A DNA stretch of 64,000 nt from positions 3,419-67,418 of the forward strand of contig DATGEL010000030.1 of NCBI GenBank assembly GCA_035310145.1. Reading direction: 5' to 3'. Under the pieces are notes generated by a model that was given only the letters and a program-made list of their open reading frames with translations, was not told the DNA's origin and searched no databases. The position numbers were made by a program, and so were the translations under genes. This DNA is from Dehalococcoidia bacterium. Lineage in GTDB: Bacteria; Chloroflexota; Dehalococcoidia; CAUJGQ01. Positions 1 to 7,640 of the stretch are shown piece after piece. The stretch's first letter is position 1; the number at the start of each line of letters is the position of its first letter.

Positions 1-152
1 CGCCCGCGCATGTACGGATCGACGGACATGAACAGGTTTTGCACCAGCAGCTCGCCTTCGGCGGGCTGCGCCTCGGGCAGCTCGACCAGCTCGAAGTCCG
101 ACGGTTTCGGCAACCCGACCGGGCGGGCGGCCAGGCGAATCTCGCGCGGCAT
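1..152 (-). CDS. NADP-dependent oxidoreductase (zinc-binding dehydrogenase, YncB/CurA-like), N-terminal part; gene continues beyond window start
   Basis: The reverse strand translates MPREIRLAARPVGLPKPSDFELVELPEAQPAEGELLVQNLFMSVDPYMRGR, the characteristic N-terminus of this family. ATG is at 152..150 with AGGAG 7 nt upstream. Confidence 0.7.
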   Translation of the reverse strand, partial: MPREIRLAARPVGLPKPSDFELVELPEAQPAEGELLVQNLFMSVDPYMRG

Positions 153-317
153 GATCCGGCTCCTTCCGGCCGCGGCGAACAGATGGGTGGCGCGGCCCCG
201 ATCGAGCGTACGTGCCCGCTGCCGCCAGCGGAAGCGCCCGTTCCTTTCCCTGGGACACCATCGCGTCTCGTCGCGGCTGATCGGGGCCGTCGATGCGGTA
301 CGCTGGGGCAGCGGGCG

Positions 318-1301
318 ATGCGCTGCCGGACAGCAGCAAGCGGGGCGTGGGGCGTGACGGGACGGCGGTTGAGCGGGCGCTGCGGCCTGGTGCTGTTGGC
401 GTTGGTCTGCGCGGCGTGCAGCAGCGGCCGTCGCCCGGTCACGGCCTCCCTGCCCGCCACGGCAGCGCCGCGCCAGGAGCTGCACTTCTCCAACATCGTG
501 CTGATCATGCTGGAGAACCACGAAGAGCCGGACCTGATCGGCAGCGACGGCGCACCGTACCTCACACAGCTCGCGCGCGATCACACGCTGCTCAGCCACG
601 CCTACGCCGTGGGCCACACCAGCCTGCCCAACTACCTCGCGCTGATCAGCGGCCAGACCTTCGGCCTTAGGCGCGACTGCAACACCTGCTTTCAGGACGC
701 GCCCACGCTTGCCGATCAGTTGGAGGCCGCGGGGCACTCGTGGACGGCGTACTTCGAAGACATGCCGCAGACCTGCGCCCTCGGCGACGACGGCGCGTAC
801 GTCCAGCGCCACAACCCCTTCGTCTACTTCGGCGCCATCCGCGAGGACGCCGCCCGCTGCCAGGCGCACATCGTGCCGTTCGCGCGGTTCGACCAGGACC
901 TGGCGGCCGGCGCCCTGCCCGATTTCGCCTGGATCTCGCCCAACCTCTGCCACGATCTGCACAGCTGCGATCTTTCCGAAGGCGATGCCTGGCTGAGGCA
1001 GCTCGTGCCCCAACTGCTGGCCACGCCGGCGTTTCAGCCGGGTGGCGCCGGCCTGCTGATCGTGACCACGGACGAGGGCACAACCGATGACGGCTGCTGC
1101 GGCGATGCCGCCGGCGGCCACATCGCTACCATCCTGGTCTCGCCCTTGCTGCCGCCGGCGACCGTGATCGACACGCCGGTCAGCCATTACGGCGTGCTGC
1201 GACTGATCGAAGACAACTGGGGGCTGCCGCCGCTGGGCGACGCGGCCCGCGCCGTCTCAGGAGCCGATCTGCTCGGCACGCAGCATGCCGCTGGGCCGTG
1301 A
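318..1301 (+). CDS. phosphoesterase family protein (acid phosphatase/phospholipase C-like), predicted lipoprotein
   Basis: An internal ATG at 318 is followed by a signal peptide with lipobox (LVLLALVCAACSS). Motifs NIVLIMLENHEE and HTSLPNYLALISGQTFG match the PF04185-type phosphoesterase family. The longer ORF from 39 is probably an upstream extension. Confidence 0.75.
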   Translation: MRCRTAASGAWGVTGRRLSGRCGLVLLALVCAACSSGRRPVTASLPATAAPRQELHFSNIVLIMLENHEEPDLIGSDGAPYLTQLARDHTLLSHAYAVGHTSLPNYLALISGQTFGLRRDCNTCFQDAPTLADQLEAAGHSWTAYFEDMPQTCALGDDGAYVQRHNPFVYFGAIREDAARCQAHIVPFARFDQDLAAGALPDFAWISPNLCHDLHSCDLSEGDAWLRQLVPQLLATPAFQPGGAGLLIVTTDEGTTDDGCCGDAAGGHIATILVSPLLPPATVIDTPVSHYGVLRLIEDNWGLPPLGDAARAVSGADLLGTQHAAGP

Positions 1302-2033
1302 GCCGTGCTCGTTGCCCCGCACACCGGCCGGCAGGCCGGCGGTGCGCAACCGCCAGCGCTCCAGCAGGTCGCCGGCCGGCAGCGGGCGCCGCAGGCGGAT
1401 CAGCTTCGTCGCATACGGGCGCAGATGCGCGGTGGTGGCGGCGCGGCTGTACACCCGGCCGGCGTCCTCCACGTCCAGCGGCGTCCATTCCTTGCCCCGG
1501 CTGTACGAGTACCACCAGCCGAGCAGGCGCAGGCCGCGCCGCGCCGCCGGCAGGCGCAGCGCCAGGCTGCCGCCCACCGGCGAGAGGGCGACGAACAGCC
1601 CCCGCGCGATGCTCCGGAGCTGCCAGCGGCGCACGGACGGCGGCAACGGATCGGTGCGCACCGCGTGCAGATAGCGCCGCAACACGCGCCGGAACGCCAG
1701 GTGCCAGGGCACGTCCAGCCAGATCACCAGGTCGGAAGCCGCGAGCAGCGGATCGGTCCAGCGCGCGGGGAAGCCCTCGCTGATCCAGCCCGGCTGGCCG
1801 CTGATCGCCTCGACGGCCGCGATGCAGTCGGCGAGCGGGCGGCGCTGGCCGAGGCCGTGGCTGGCGTGGAAATCGACGAAGGCGATCGCATCCAGTTCGT
1901 GCACCGGCAGCCGCAGCCGCCGGCCGAGCTGCCGGGCAAGCGTGCTCTTGCCACTGCCCGGACCGCCGAGAATGTAGATGCGCCGCGGATCGGAGGCGGC
2001 GCGCGCGGATCTCTCCTCTGCCTGCATACCCAT
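1257..2033 (-). CDS. P-loop NTPase, adenylate-kinase-related/topology-modulation (FlaR-like) family
   Basis: Walker A motif RIYILGGPGSGKSTLARQLG is followed by LPVHELDAIAF. Start is taken at MGMQAEE; the longer ORF to 2261 is low-complexity. The 3' end overlaps the convergent phosphoesterase gene by 45 nt. Confidence 0.7.
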   Translation of the reverse strand: MGMQAEERSARAASDPRRIYILGGPGSGKSTLARQLGRRLRLPVHELDAIAFVDFHASHGLGQRRPLADCIAAVEAISGQPGWISEGFPARWTDPLLAASDLVIWLDVPWHLAFRRVLRRYLHAVRTDPLPPSVRRWQLRSIARGLFVALSPVGGSLALRLPAARRGLRLLGWWYSYSRGKEWTPLDVEDAGRVYSRAATTAHLRPYATKLIRLRRPLPAGDLLERWRLRTAGLPAGVRGNEHGSRPSGMLRAEQIGS

Positions 2034-2121
2034 TGAACGACACAGTAGCACCGACGGATTCGCCGGATAGCTGGCTTGCGGGAGTAGCTCTTGCCGCAGG
2101 GGCGGCCGGCCGTGCAGCGGT

Positions 2122-2379
2122 TCAGGGGATCGCGTCGCGTGATGGCGGCGGCAGGCCGGCGGCGCGGTGCGCGGCCACCACCGCCCGCCGCCGATCGGCG
2201 GCCTCCACGATGACCCAGTGCGGCCGCAGCGCCCGGCCGGCCACCGCGGCCGCCGCCGCATCGCGGTTGGCGAACGGCCCGCCCACTACCCGCCAGGTAA
2301 GCGCGGGCAGCGGCCTGCCGCGCCCGCCGGCCCGCGGCAGGCCGTCGACGATCCAGAAGCCGGGAGTGACACGCGTCAT
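2122..2379 (-). CDS. hypothetical small protein (85 aa)
   Basis: ATG at 2379..2377. GC3 in this frame is very high, more than 90% of third positions G/C. There is no recognisable family, and the protein is Arg/Ala-rich. Confidence 0.35.
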   Translation of the reverse strand: MTRVTPGFWIVDGLPRAGGRGRPLPALTWRVVGGPFANRDAAAAAVAGRALRPHWVIVEAADRRRAVVAAHRAAGLPPPSRDAIP

Positions 2380-2556
2380 GATCGGCGGAGTCGGTCGCGG
2401 GATGCCCGGCCATCGTGACACGAGGAGCAGCGTTGCGCACCTTCGCTTATGACGACTCGCCCGTGCTGCAAGGTGACAGAATATTGCAACGGCTGAGCGG
2501 TAACTGCCCGCGCCTGAGCCACCGTTTCTTCTTGTAGAACCCTGCGGGAGTTGGCG

Positions 2557-2805
2557 GTGGCGCGGCTGTACTACGACGCGGCGATCGACGCCTACCTGAG
2601 TCCGCATGTCCTGATCGCCGGCAGTGTCTTCGCCGCCACCCTGGCGGCGTGCGTGCGCGCCGGCGCCCCGGCCGCGGATGCCTTCAATGCGCTGCTGGAC
2701 GAAGCGGTCTGGCTGGAGGGTCGCCCGCGCGCGGCGGCGGCCCTGGATGTCGACGCCGTGCTGCACGAAGCGCGGCGGCTGCTCGGCCTGGAGTCGACGG
2801 CCTGA
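2557..2805 (+). CDS. hypothetical small protein (~82 aa)
   Basis: GTG at 2557 lies 6 nt after GGGAG; the caller's TTG at 2551 abuts the SD. GC3 is high. An AT-richer promoter-like stretch (2440-2545) lies upstream. Confidence 0.4.
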   Translation: MARLYYDAAIDAYLSPHVLIAGSVFAATLAACVRAGAPAADAFNALLDEAVWLEGRPRAAAALDVDAVLHEARRLLGLESTA

Positions 2806-2824
2806 GCAGGTTGCGGGCCGGCCG

Positions 2825-3544
2825 TCAGTACGAGCGCAGGTCGCCTTCCGGCGTCTCCAGGTGGTGGAGATCGTTGAGCGCGTGCAGGGCGCGGCGATCC
2901 TCGGCCGCGGCCACCACGCTGACGGACGTGTGCGCCGGACGGAAGAACATATCGTACTTCGAGCCGATCACGTGGCCGATGTAGGCGTTGATCACGCCGC
3001 CGTGGCAGACCACGGCCACGCGCTCGCCGGGGTGGCGGGCGATCACCGCCTCGACCGCGTTGATCGCGCGGCGGCGGAACACCAGGCTCGGCTCGGACGC
3101 CGGATAGACGTCCCAGGACTTTTCGACCATCATCCGCCGGCGCATACCGGCCAGCAGATCGCGCCCGAAGTAGTCGACGCTGCTCTGGTCCTGCGGGATG
3201 TCGCGGAAGATCTCGACCTCGCGCAGATCCTCGACCACGACGATCGTGTCGGGGCCGCGGCCCTGCCCCTGCGCCACGGCGCAGGCGGTCTGGAAGGCGC
3301 GACGCAACTGGCTGGAGTAGATCGCGGCGATCGGCCGGGTCGAGAGCCACTGGCCCAGCGCCGCCGCCTGCATCAGGCCGCGCTCGCTGAGCGGCGGATC
3401 GACCGACTCCCCGATCGGGCCGGCGACGTTGAACGACTGCTGGCCGTGGCGAATCAGCAGCAGCTCGCTGACCTGCTCCAGCCCGGTGAGAAAGGCCAGA
3501 TCGAACGCCTGCGGCGGGCGGGCGTTGGGGCTCGCTTCGCTCAT
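2825..3544 (-). CDS. histidine phosphatase family protein (phosphoglycerate mutase-like)
   Basis: The catalytic LLLIRHGQ motif is near the N-terminus, with CHGGVI later. Start is taken at MSEAS (ATG 3544..3542); the upstream ORF extension is Arg-rich noise. Confidence 0.8.
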   Translation of the reverse strand: MSEASPNARPPQAFDLAFLTGLEQVSELLLIRHGQQSFNVAGPIGESVDPPLSERGLMQAAALGQWLSTRPIAAIYSSQLRRAFQTACAVAQGQGRGPDTIVVVEDLREVEIFRDIPQDQSSVDYFGRDLLAGMRRRMMVEKSWDVYPASEPSLVFRRRAINAVEAVIARHPGERVAVVCHGGVINAYIGHVIGSKYDMFFRPAHTSVSVVAAAEDRRALHALNDLHHLETPEGDLRSY

Positions 3545-3646
3545 ACAACGCTCCTCGAACAGCCGGCGCCGGCCGCGGTTCTGCATGGTCAGCGTACGCC
3601 AGCGGCAGCGCCTCGCGCTCGCGCGGCCATCCATCGGTGCGCGGCG

Positions 3647-3696
3647 CGCGTATCATCACGCGTATCATCACGCGTATCATCACACGCGTATCATCA
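3647..3696. repeat. tandem repeat CGCGTATCATCA x4 (12-mer; 2-nt insertion before last copy) in divergent intergenic region
   Basis: Direct reading shows copies at 3647-3658, 3659-3670, 3671-3682 and 3685-3696. The repeat lies 26 nt upstream of the ATG at 3723. Confidence 0.9.
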
Positions 3697-3722
3697 AATG
3701 AACGCGGCGGCAGGAGCGGGCG

Positions 3723-4286
3723 ATGGCAGCACAGGCACTGCGGCCCGGCGATGCGGCGCCGGATCTGGAGGTCGATCGCGCGGACGGCACGCCGCTTGCG
3801 CTCTCCGCGCTGTGGCGCGAGCGGCCGGCGCTGCTGGTCTTCCTGCGCCACTACGGCTGACCGTTCTGCCGCGAGCTGGCCGCGCAGGTGCGTGGCGAGA
3901 TCGGCGAGCGCGACGATGTCGGCGTCGCGCTGATCACGATGGGCAAGCCGGCGCAGGCCGCGGAGTTCTGCCGCGAGCAGCGGCTCTCCTACACCTGTCT
4001 CTCGGACCCGGCGCGGAACAGCTACCGCGCCTTCGGTCTGCGCCGCGGCTCGACGGCCGATGTCATGGGGCCGGGGCCGATGCTGGCCGGGCTGCGCGCG
4101 GCGAGCAAGGGGCACTTCGTCGGCCGGCCCGTGGACGACGTCTACCAGCTCGGCGGCAGCTTCCTGGTCGATACCGCGGGCCGCATCGCCTACGCGCACT
4201 ACCCGCGCCACGCGGGCGACCAACCGGCGGCGGGCGACCTGAAGCGGGCGGTCAGCCGGCTGCTCGACCGCGGCGGAGCGTCCTAA
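3723..4286 (+). CDS. peroxiredoxin-like (AhpC/TSA/redoxin, PRX_like2-type) thiol:disulfide oxidoreductase with in-frame TGA at 3858-3860 (candidate selenocysteine, U-P-F-C motif)
   Basis: ATG 3723 has AGGAG 6 nt upstream. The translation is MAAQALRPGDAAPDLEVDRADGTPLALSALWRERPALLVFLRHYG-[TGA]-PFCRELAAQVRGEIGERDDVGVALITMGKPAQAAEFCREQRLSYTCLSDP...GSFLVDTAGRIAYAHY. The TGA sits exactly where this family has the first Cys of CPxC. GC3 is high on both sides of the TGA. A stem-loop (CUGC-C-GCG [AGCUGGC] CGC-GCAG) lies 6 nt downstream of the TGA. Confidence 0.6.
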
Positions 4287-4290
4287 CCGC

Positions 4291-4887
4291 TCAGCCGCCG
4301 AAGCCCTCTTCGCTGTCGGTCAGGCCGGTGATGTCGTAGGCCATCACCAGCATGTCGCGCGTGCGGCCGCCGCGGTCCATCACGAAGTCCTGCAGCAGCG
4401 CCTCCATCTGGAAGCCGAGCTTCTCGAAAGTGGCGCGGGCGCCCTGCTGGTCCGGCGTCATGCGCGCGGTGATCTTCTGCAGGCCCAGGGCGCGGGCGAT
4501 GTCGAACACGGCCGCGGCCAGCGCCCGGCCCAGCCCCTTGCCGCGCATCGTGGCTGCGGCCTGGATGCGGATCTCGCCCAGGTGGCGCGTCCAGTTCGCC
4601 TCGTTGTAGTGCAGGCTGCCGTAACCGAGGATGCCATCGCCCTTCTGCCCCTCGGCCAGCACGGTGACCGTGTGCTTGCCGAGGTTGCTCACCCACTCGT
4701 CCACCACCGCCGGGTCGGTGATGTCGGTGCGCAAAAAGAGCAGGTCGTCGGCCGGCAGCGAACGAGCGAAGCGCAGCACCGCGTCGCGGTCGGCCTTCGT
4801 CATCAGCCGCAGCGTGATCTCGGCGCCGTCGTTGAGGCGGACGCTGCGGGGATAGGCGGCGGTGTAGGCGGGCTTCTCGGCGGTTTT
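4291..4887 (-). CDS. GNAT family N-acetyltransferase
   Basis: GTG at 4887 is preceded by AGGAGG. The GNAT acetyl-CoA binding region is RGKGLGRALAAAVFDIARALGLQKITARM. The 786-aa ORF 4291..6651 containing it is antisense to fhs and is rejected. Confidence 0.8.
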   Translation of the reverse strand, partial: KTAEKPAYTAAYPRSVRLNDGAEITLRLMTKADRDAVLRFARSLPADDLLFLRTDITDPAVVDEWVSNLGKHTVTVLAEGQKGDGILGYGSLHYNEANWTRHLGEIRIQAAATMRGKGLGRALAAAVFDIARALGLQKITARMTPDQQGARATFEKLGFQMEALLQDFVMDRGGRTRDMLVMAYDITGLTDSEEGFGG

Positions 4888-5094
4888 TTCTGCCACGGCT
4901 GAACCTCCTGCGAACGGGGCGCACCCGAGCAAGCCGCACCGTGTCGCGCGCAACGATGAAGCATCCGGCCAGACGCGCCGGCCGCTGTGCGCGCCAGTGT
5001 AGCGAGCGCATGGCGTGGGCGCCAGCCGATCGCGCATACTGCAAGCGCGCGGGCGGCTGCATGCGCGGGCCGCACCGCTGCTGGAGGTGCTGCC

Positions 5095-6837
5095 GTGCCC
5101 CCGGAGCCGGCGCAGAATGCTGCAGGCGCAACCACCACTCGCTTCCCTTCCGACCTCGAAATCGCCCAGGCCGCAAGCCTCCGACCGATCGCCGACGTGG
5201 CCGCCGATCTTGGCCTGCTGCCCGATGAGGTCGAGCTGTACGGCAAATACAAGGCCAAGATCGACCTCAGCGCCCTCGGCCGGCTGGCGAGCAAGCCGCC
5301 CGGCAAATACGTCGTAATCACCGCGATCACGCCGACGCCGCTGGGCGAGGGCAAATCCACCACCACCGTGGGGCTGGCGCAGGGGCTGGCGAAGATCGGC
5401 AAGCGCGCGATCGCCGCCATCCGCCAGCCCTCGCTGGGGCCGGTGTTCGGCATCAAGGGCGGCGCGGCCGGCGGCGGCTATGCGCAGATCGTGCCGATGG
5501 AGGACTTCAACCTGCACCTCACCGGCGACAACCACGCCGTCGGCGCGGCGCACAACCTGCTCGCCGCCTTTCTCGACAACCATCTCTACCACGGCAACGC
5601 GCTGGGCATCGACCTGAACCGCATCGAGCTGCGCCGTGTGGTGGACATCTCCGACCGCGCCCTGCGCGAGATCGTGATCGGCCTCGGCGGGCGCGAAAAC
5701 GGCGTGCCGCGCGAGGGCGGCTTCGATATCACCGTCGCCTCCGAGTGCATGGCGATCCTGGCGCTCGCCACGAGCCTGCCCGATCTGCGGGCGCGGCTCG
5801 GCCGCATGGTCGCGGCCTACACGAAGGACAATCAGCCCGTCACCGCCGAAGACCTCAAGTGCGCCGGCGCGATGACGGTGCTGATGAAGGACGCGATCAA
5901 GCCGAACCTGCTGCAAACACTCGAGGGCACGCCGGCGATGGTGCATGCCGGTCCCTTCGGCAACATCGCCCACGGCAACAGCAGCATCGTCGCCGACCAG
6001 ATCGGCCTGCGGCTCGCCGACTTCGTCGTCACCGAGGCGGGCTTCGGCGCTGACCTGGGCTTCGAAAAGTTCTGCGACATCAAGTGCCGCCAGAGCGGCC
6101 TGCGCCCGGACGCCGCCGTGCTGGTGGCGACGGTGCGGGCGCTGAAGGCGCACTCGGGCCGCTTCCGCGTGGTTGCCGGCCGGCCGCTGCCGGAGGGGCT
6201 GGTCAAAGAGGACCTGGACGCGCTGGCCGCGGGCATGGGCAACCTGGAGAAGCAGATCGAGAACGTGCGCGCCTTCGGTGTGCCGGTGGTGGTGGCGATC
6301 AACCGCTTCCCCAGCGACAGCGCGGCGGAGATGGCGGCGATCCACGACGCCGCGCTGGCCGCCGGGGCGCGCGACGCCGTGATCGCCGAGCACTTCGTGC
6401 ATGGCGGCGAAGGCGCGCGGGCGCTGGCCGAGGCGGTGGTGCAGGCCGCCGACGAGCCGTCGGAGTTCCGTTTCATCTACGACGCCGCGGCGCCGGCCGA
6501 CGAGAAGATCCGGGCGATCGCCACCGTGATCTACGGCGCCGGGGGCATTTCGCTGGCGGCCGAAGCGCGGCGCAAGCTGCGCCAGTTCGAGCGGCTTGGC
6601 TACGGGAATCTGCCGGTCTGCATGGCGAAGACACACCTCTCGCTCTCGCACGACGCGGCGCTGCTGGGCCGGCCCTCCGGCTTCACCATCCCCGTGCAGG
6701 ATGTGCGCCTCTCCGCCGGCGCCGGTTTTCTCTACGCGCTCTGCGGCGACATCCGCACGATGCCGGGTCTGCCCTCGAAACCCGGCGGCGAGGCCGTGGA
6801 CATCGACGAGCAGGGCCGGATCGTGGGGCTGTTCTGA
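5095..6837 (+). CDS. fhs: formate--tetrahydrofolate ligase
   Basis: Near full-length match: SDLEIAQ, PTPLGEGKSTTTVGLAQ, FDITVASE, MAKTHLSLS. GTG at 5095 is preceded by GGAGG with a 7-nt spacer. The protein is 580 aa. Confidence 0.9.
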   Translation: MPPEPAQNAAGATTTRFPSDLEIAQAASLRPIADVAADLGLLPDEVELYGKYKAKIDLSALGRLASKPPGKYVVITAITPTPLGEGKSTTTVGLAQGLAKIGKRAIAAIRQPSLGPVFGIKGGAAGGGYAQIVPMEDFNLHLTGDNHAVGAAHNLLAAFLDNHLYHGNALGIDLNRIELRRVVDISDRALREIVIGLGGRENGVPREGGFDITVASECMAILALATSLPDLRARLGRMVAAYTKDNQPVTAEDLKCAGAMTVLMKDAIKPNLLQTLEGTPAMVHAGPFGNIAHGNSSIVADQIGLRLADFVVTEAGFGADLGFEKFCDIKCRQSGLRPDAAVLVATVRALKAHSGRFRVVAGRPLPEGLVKEDLDALAAGMGNLEKQIENVRAFGVPVVVAINRFPSDSAAEMAAIHDAALAAGARDAVIAEHFVHGGEGARALAEAVVQAADEPSEFRFIYDAAAPADEKIRAIATVIYGAGGISLAAEARRKLRQFERLGYGNLPVCMAKTHLSLSHDAALLGRPSGFTIPVQDVRLSAGAGFLYALCGDIRTMPGLPSKPGGEAVDIDEQGRIVGLF

Positions 6838-6870
6838 GGGCCGGGCGAGGGGCGGCTCGGCCTTCAGCGG

Positions 6871-7398
6871 TTACGTGGACTCCCGCTCATCGCCGTGTAC
6901 GGCGACGGTGCCGGCGCCGGCCTGCTCCAGCGCGGCCTTCGCCGTGGCCACCTCGGCGGCTTGGCCGTGCACGATCACCAGCACCTGGCCGGCGCGCAGC
7001 GCCGTCTCATAGATGCGGCGGTGGGCCGCGGGGATGCCGGCGCCGGCCAGCGCTGCGCCCACCGGTCCGAGTTCGCCGGCGATGCGCTCGCCTTCGACTT
7101 CGCCGGCCACCCAGCCGACCACCGGACCGGCCACGAAGATCGGCCCCGTGCCCGGAATGAAAAACGTGCCCGTGTCCAGCAGCAGGTTGGAGAGCGCCGT
7201 CCACAGGCCGCCGTGGCCGCCGTGGTGCCGCACCGCCCCGCCGCTGGTGTAATGACCGGACGTGGCCTCGTCGCCCGCGCCGCGGCCCGCCACGGAGACG
7301 TGCGCCATCGCCACCCCGGCCGTTGCCAGCGCCTTCACCGCGGTCTCCGCCTGCCGGTTGCTCGCGTAGATCGCCACGACCGCCTGCTCGTTTTTCAT
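6871..7398 (-). CDS. DUF1269/general-stress-protein-17M-like membrane protein (glycine-zipper)
   Basis: MKNEQAVVAIYASNRQAETAVKALATAGV is followed by a Gly-rich segment and a C-terminal repeat of the same alpha/beta module. ATG is at 7398 with GGAG upstream. Confidence 0.65.
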   Translation of the reverse strand: MKNEQAVVAIYASNRQAETAVKALATAGVAMAHVSVAGRGAGDEATSGHYTSGGAVRHHGGHGGLWTALSNLLLDTGTFFIPGTGPIFVAGPVVGWVAGEVEGERIAGELGPVGAALAGAGIPAAHRRIYETALRAGQVLVIVHGQAAEVATAKAALEQAGAGTVAVHGDEREST

Positions 7399-7640
7399 CG
7401 CCGCTCCGGCGTTCCACCGATCAGTCGCTGCTCTGTCTCTCACCGCCCCTCACGTGCAGGAACAGGGTACAGGATGGCGTCTGCATGCGGCGCTCCCGCG
7501 GCCGGCTGCCGTTCTGCCGCGGCGCACTAAAGGCCGCTGGCCGGTGGGGCGATACTTGCTTACAGAGGATGTCCGCTTGTTGGGCCGTGCCGGCGTGCAG
7601 CGCCGCGTGGCTGTTCTCGGCCCCGCCCCGGAGGCACTTC

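Noticed and set aside
39-1301. 420-aa ORF including a 93-codon upstream extension of the phosphoesterase gene
   Set aside because: The extension overlaps the divergent oxidoreductase gene start and is low complexity. The internal ATG 318 is followed by a lipoprotein signal peptide.
4291-6651. 786-aa ORF on the minus strand
   Set aside because: Only the 3' 597 nt (the GNAT acetyltransferase) is credible. The rest is antisense to fhs, which has an unambiguous full-length family match. Long shadow ORFs are expected at about 70% GC.
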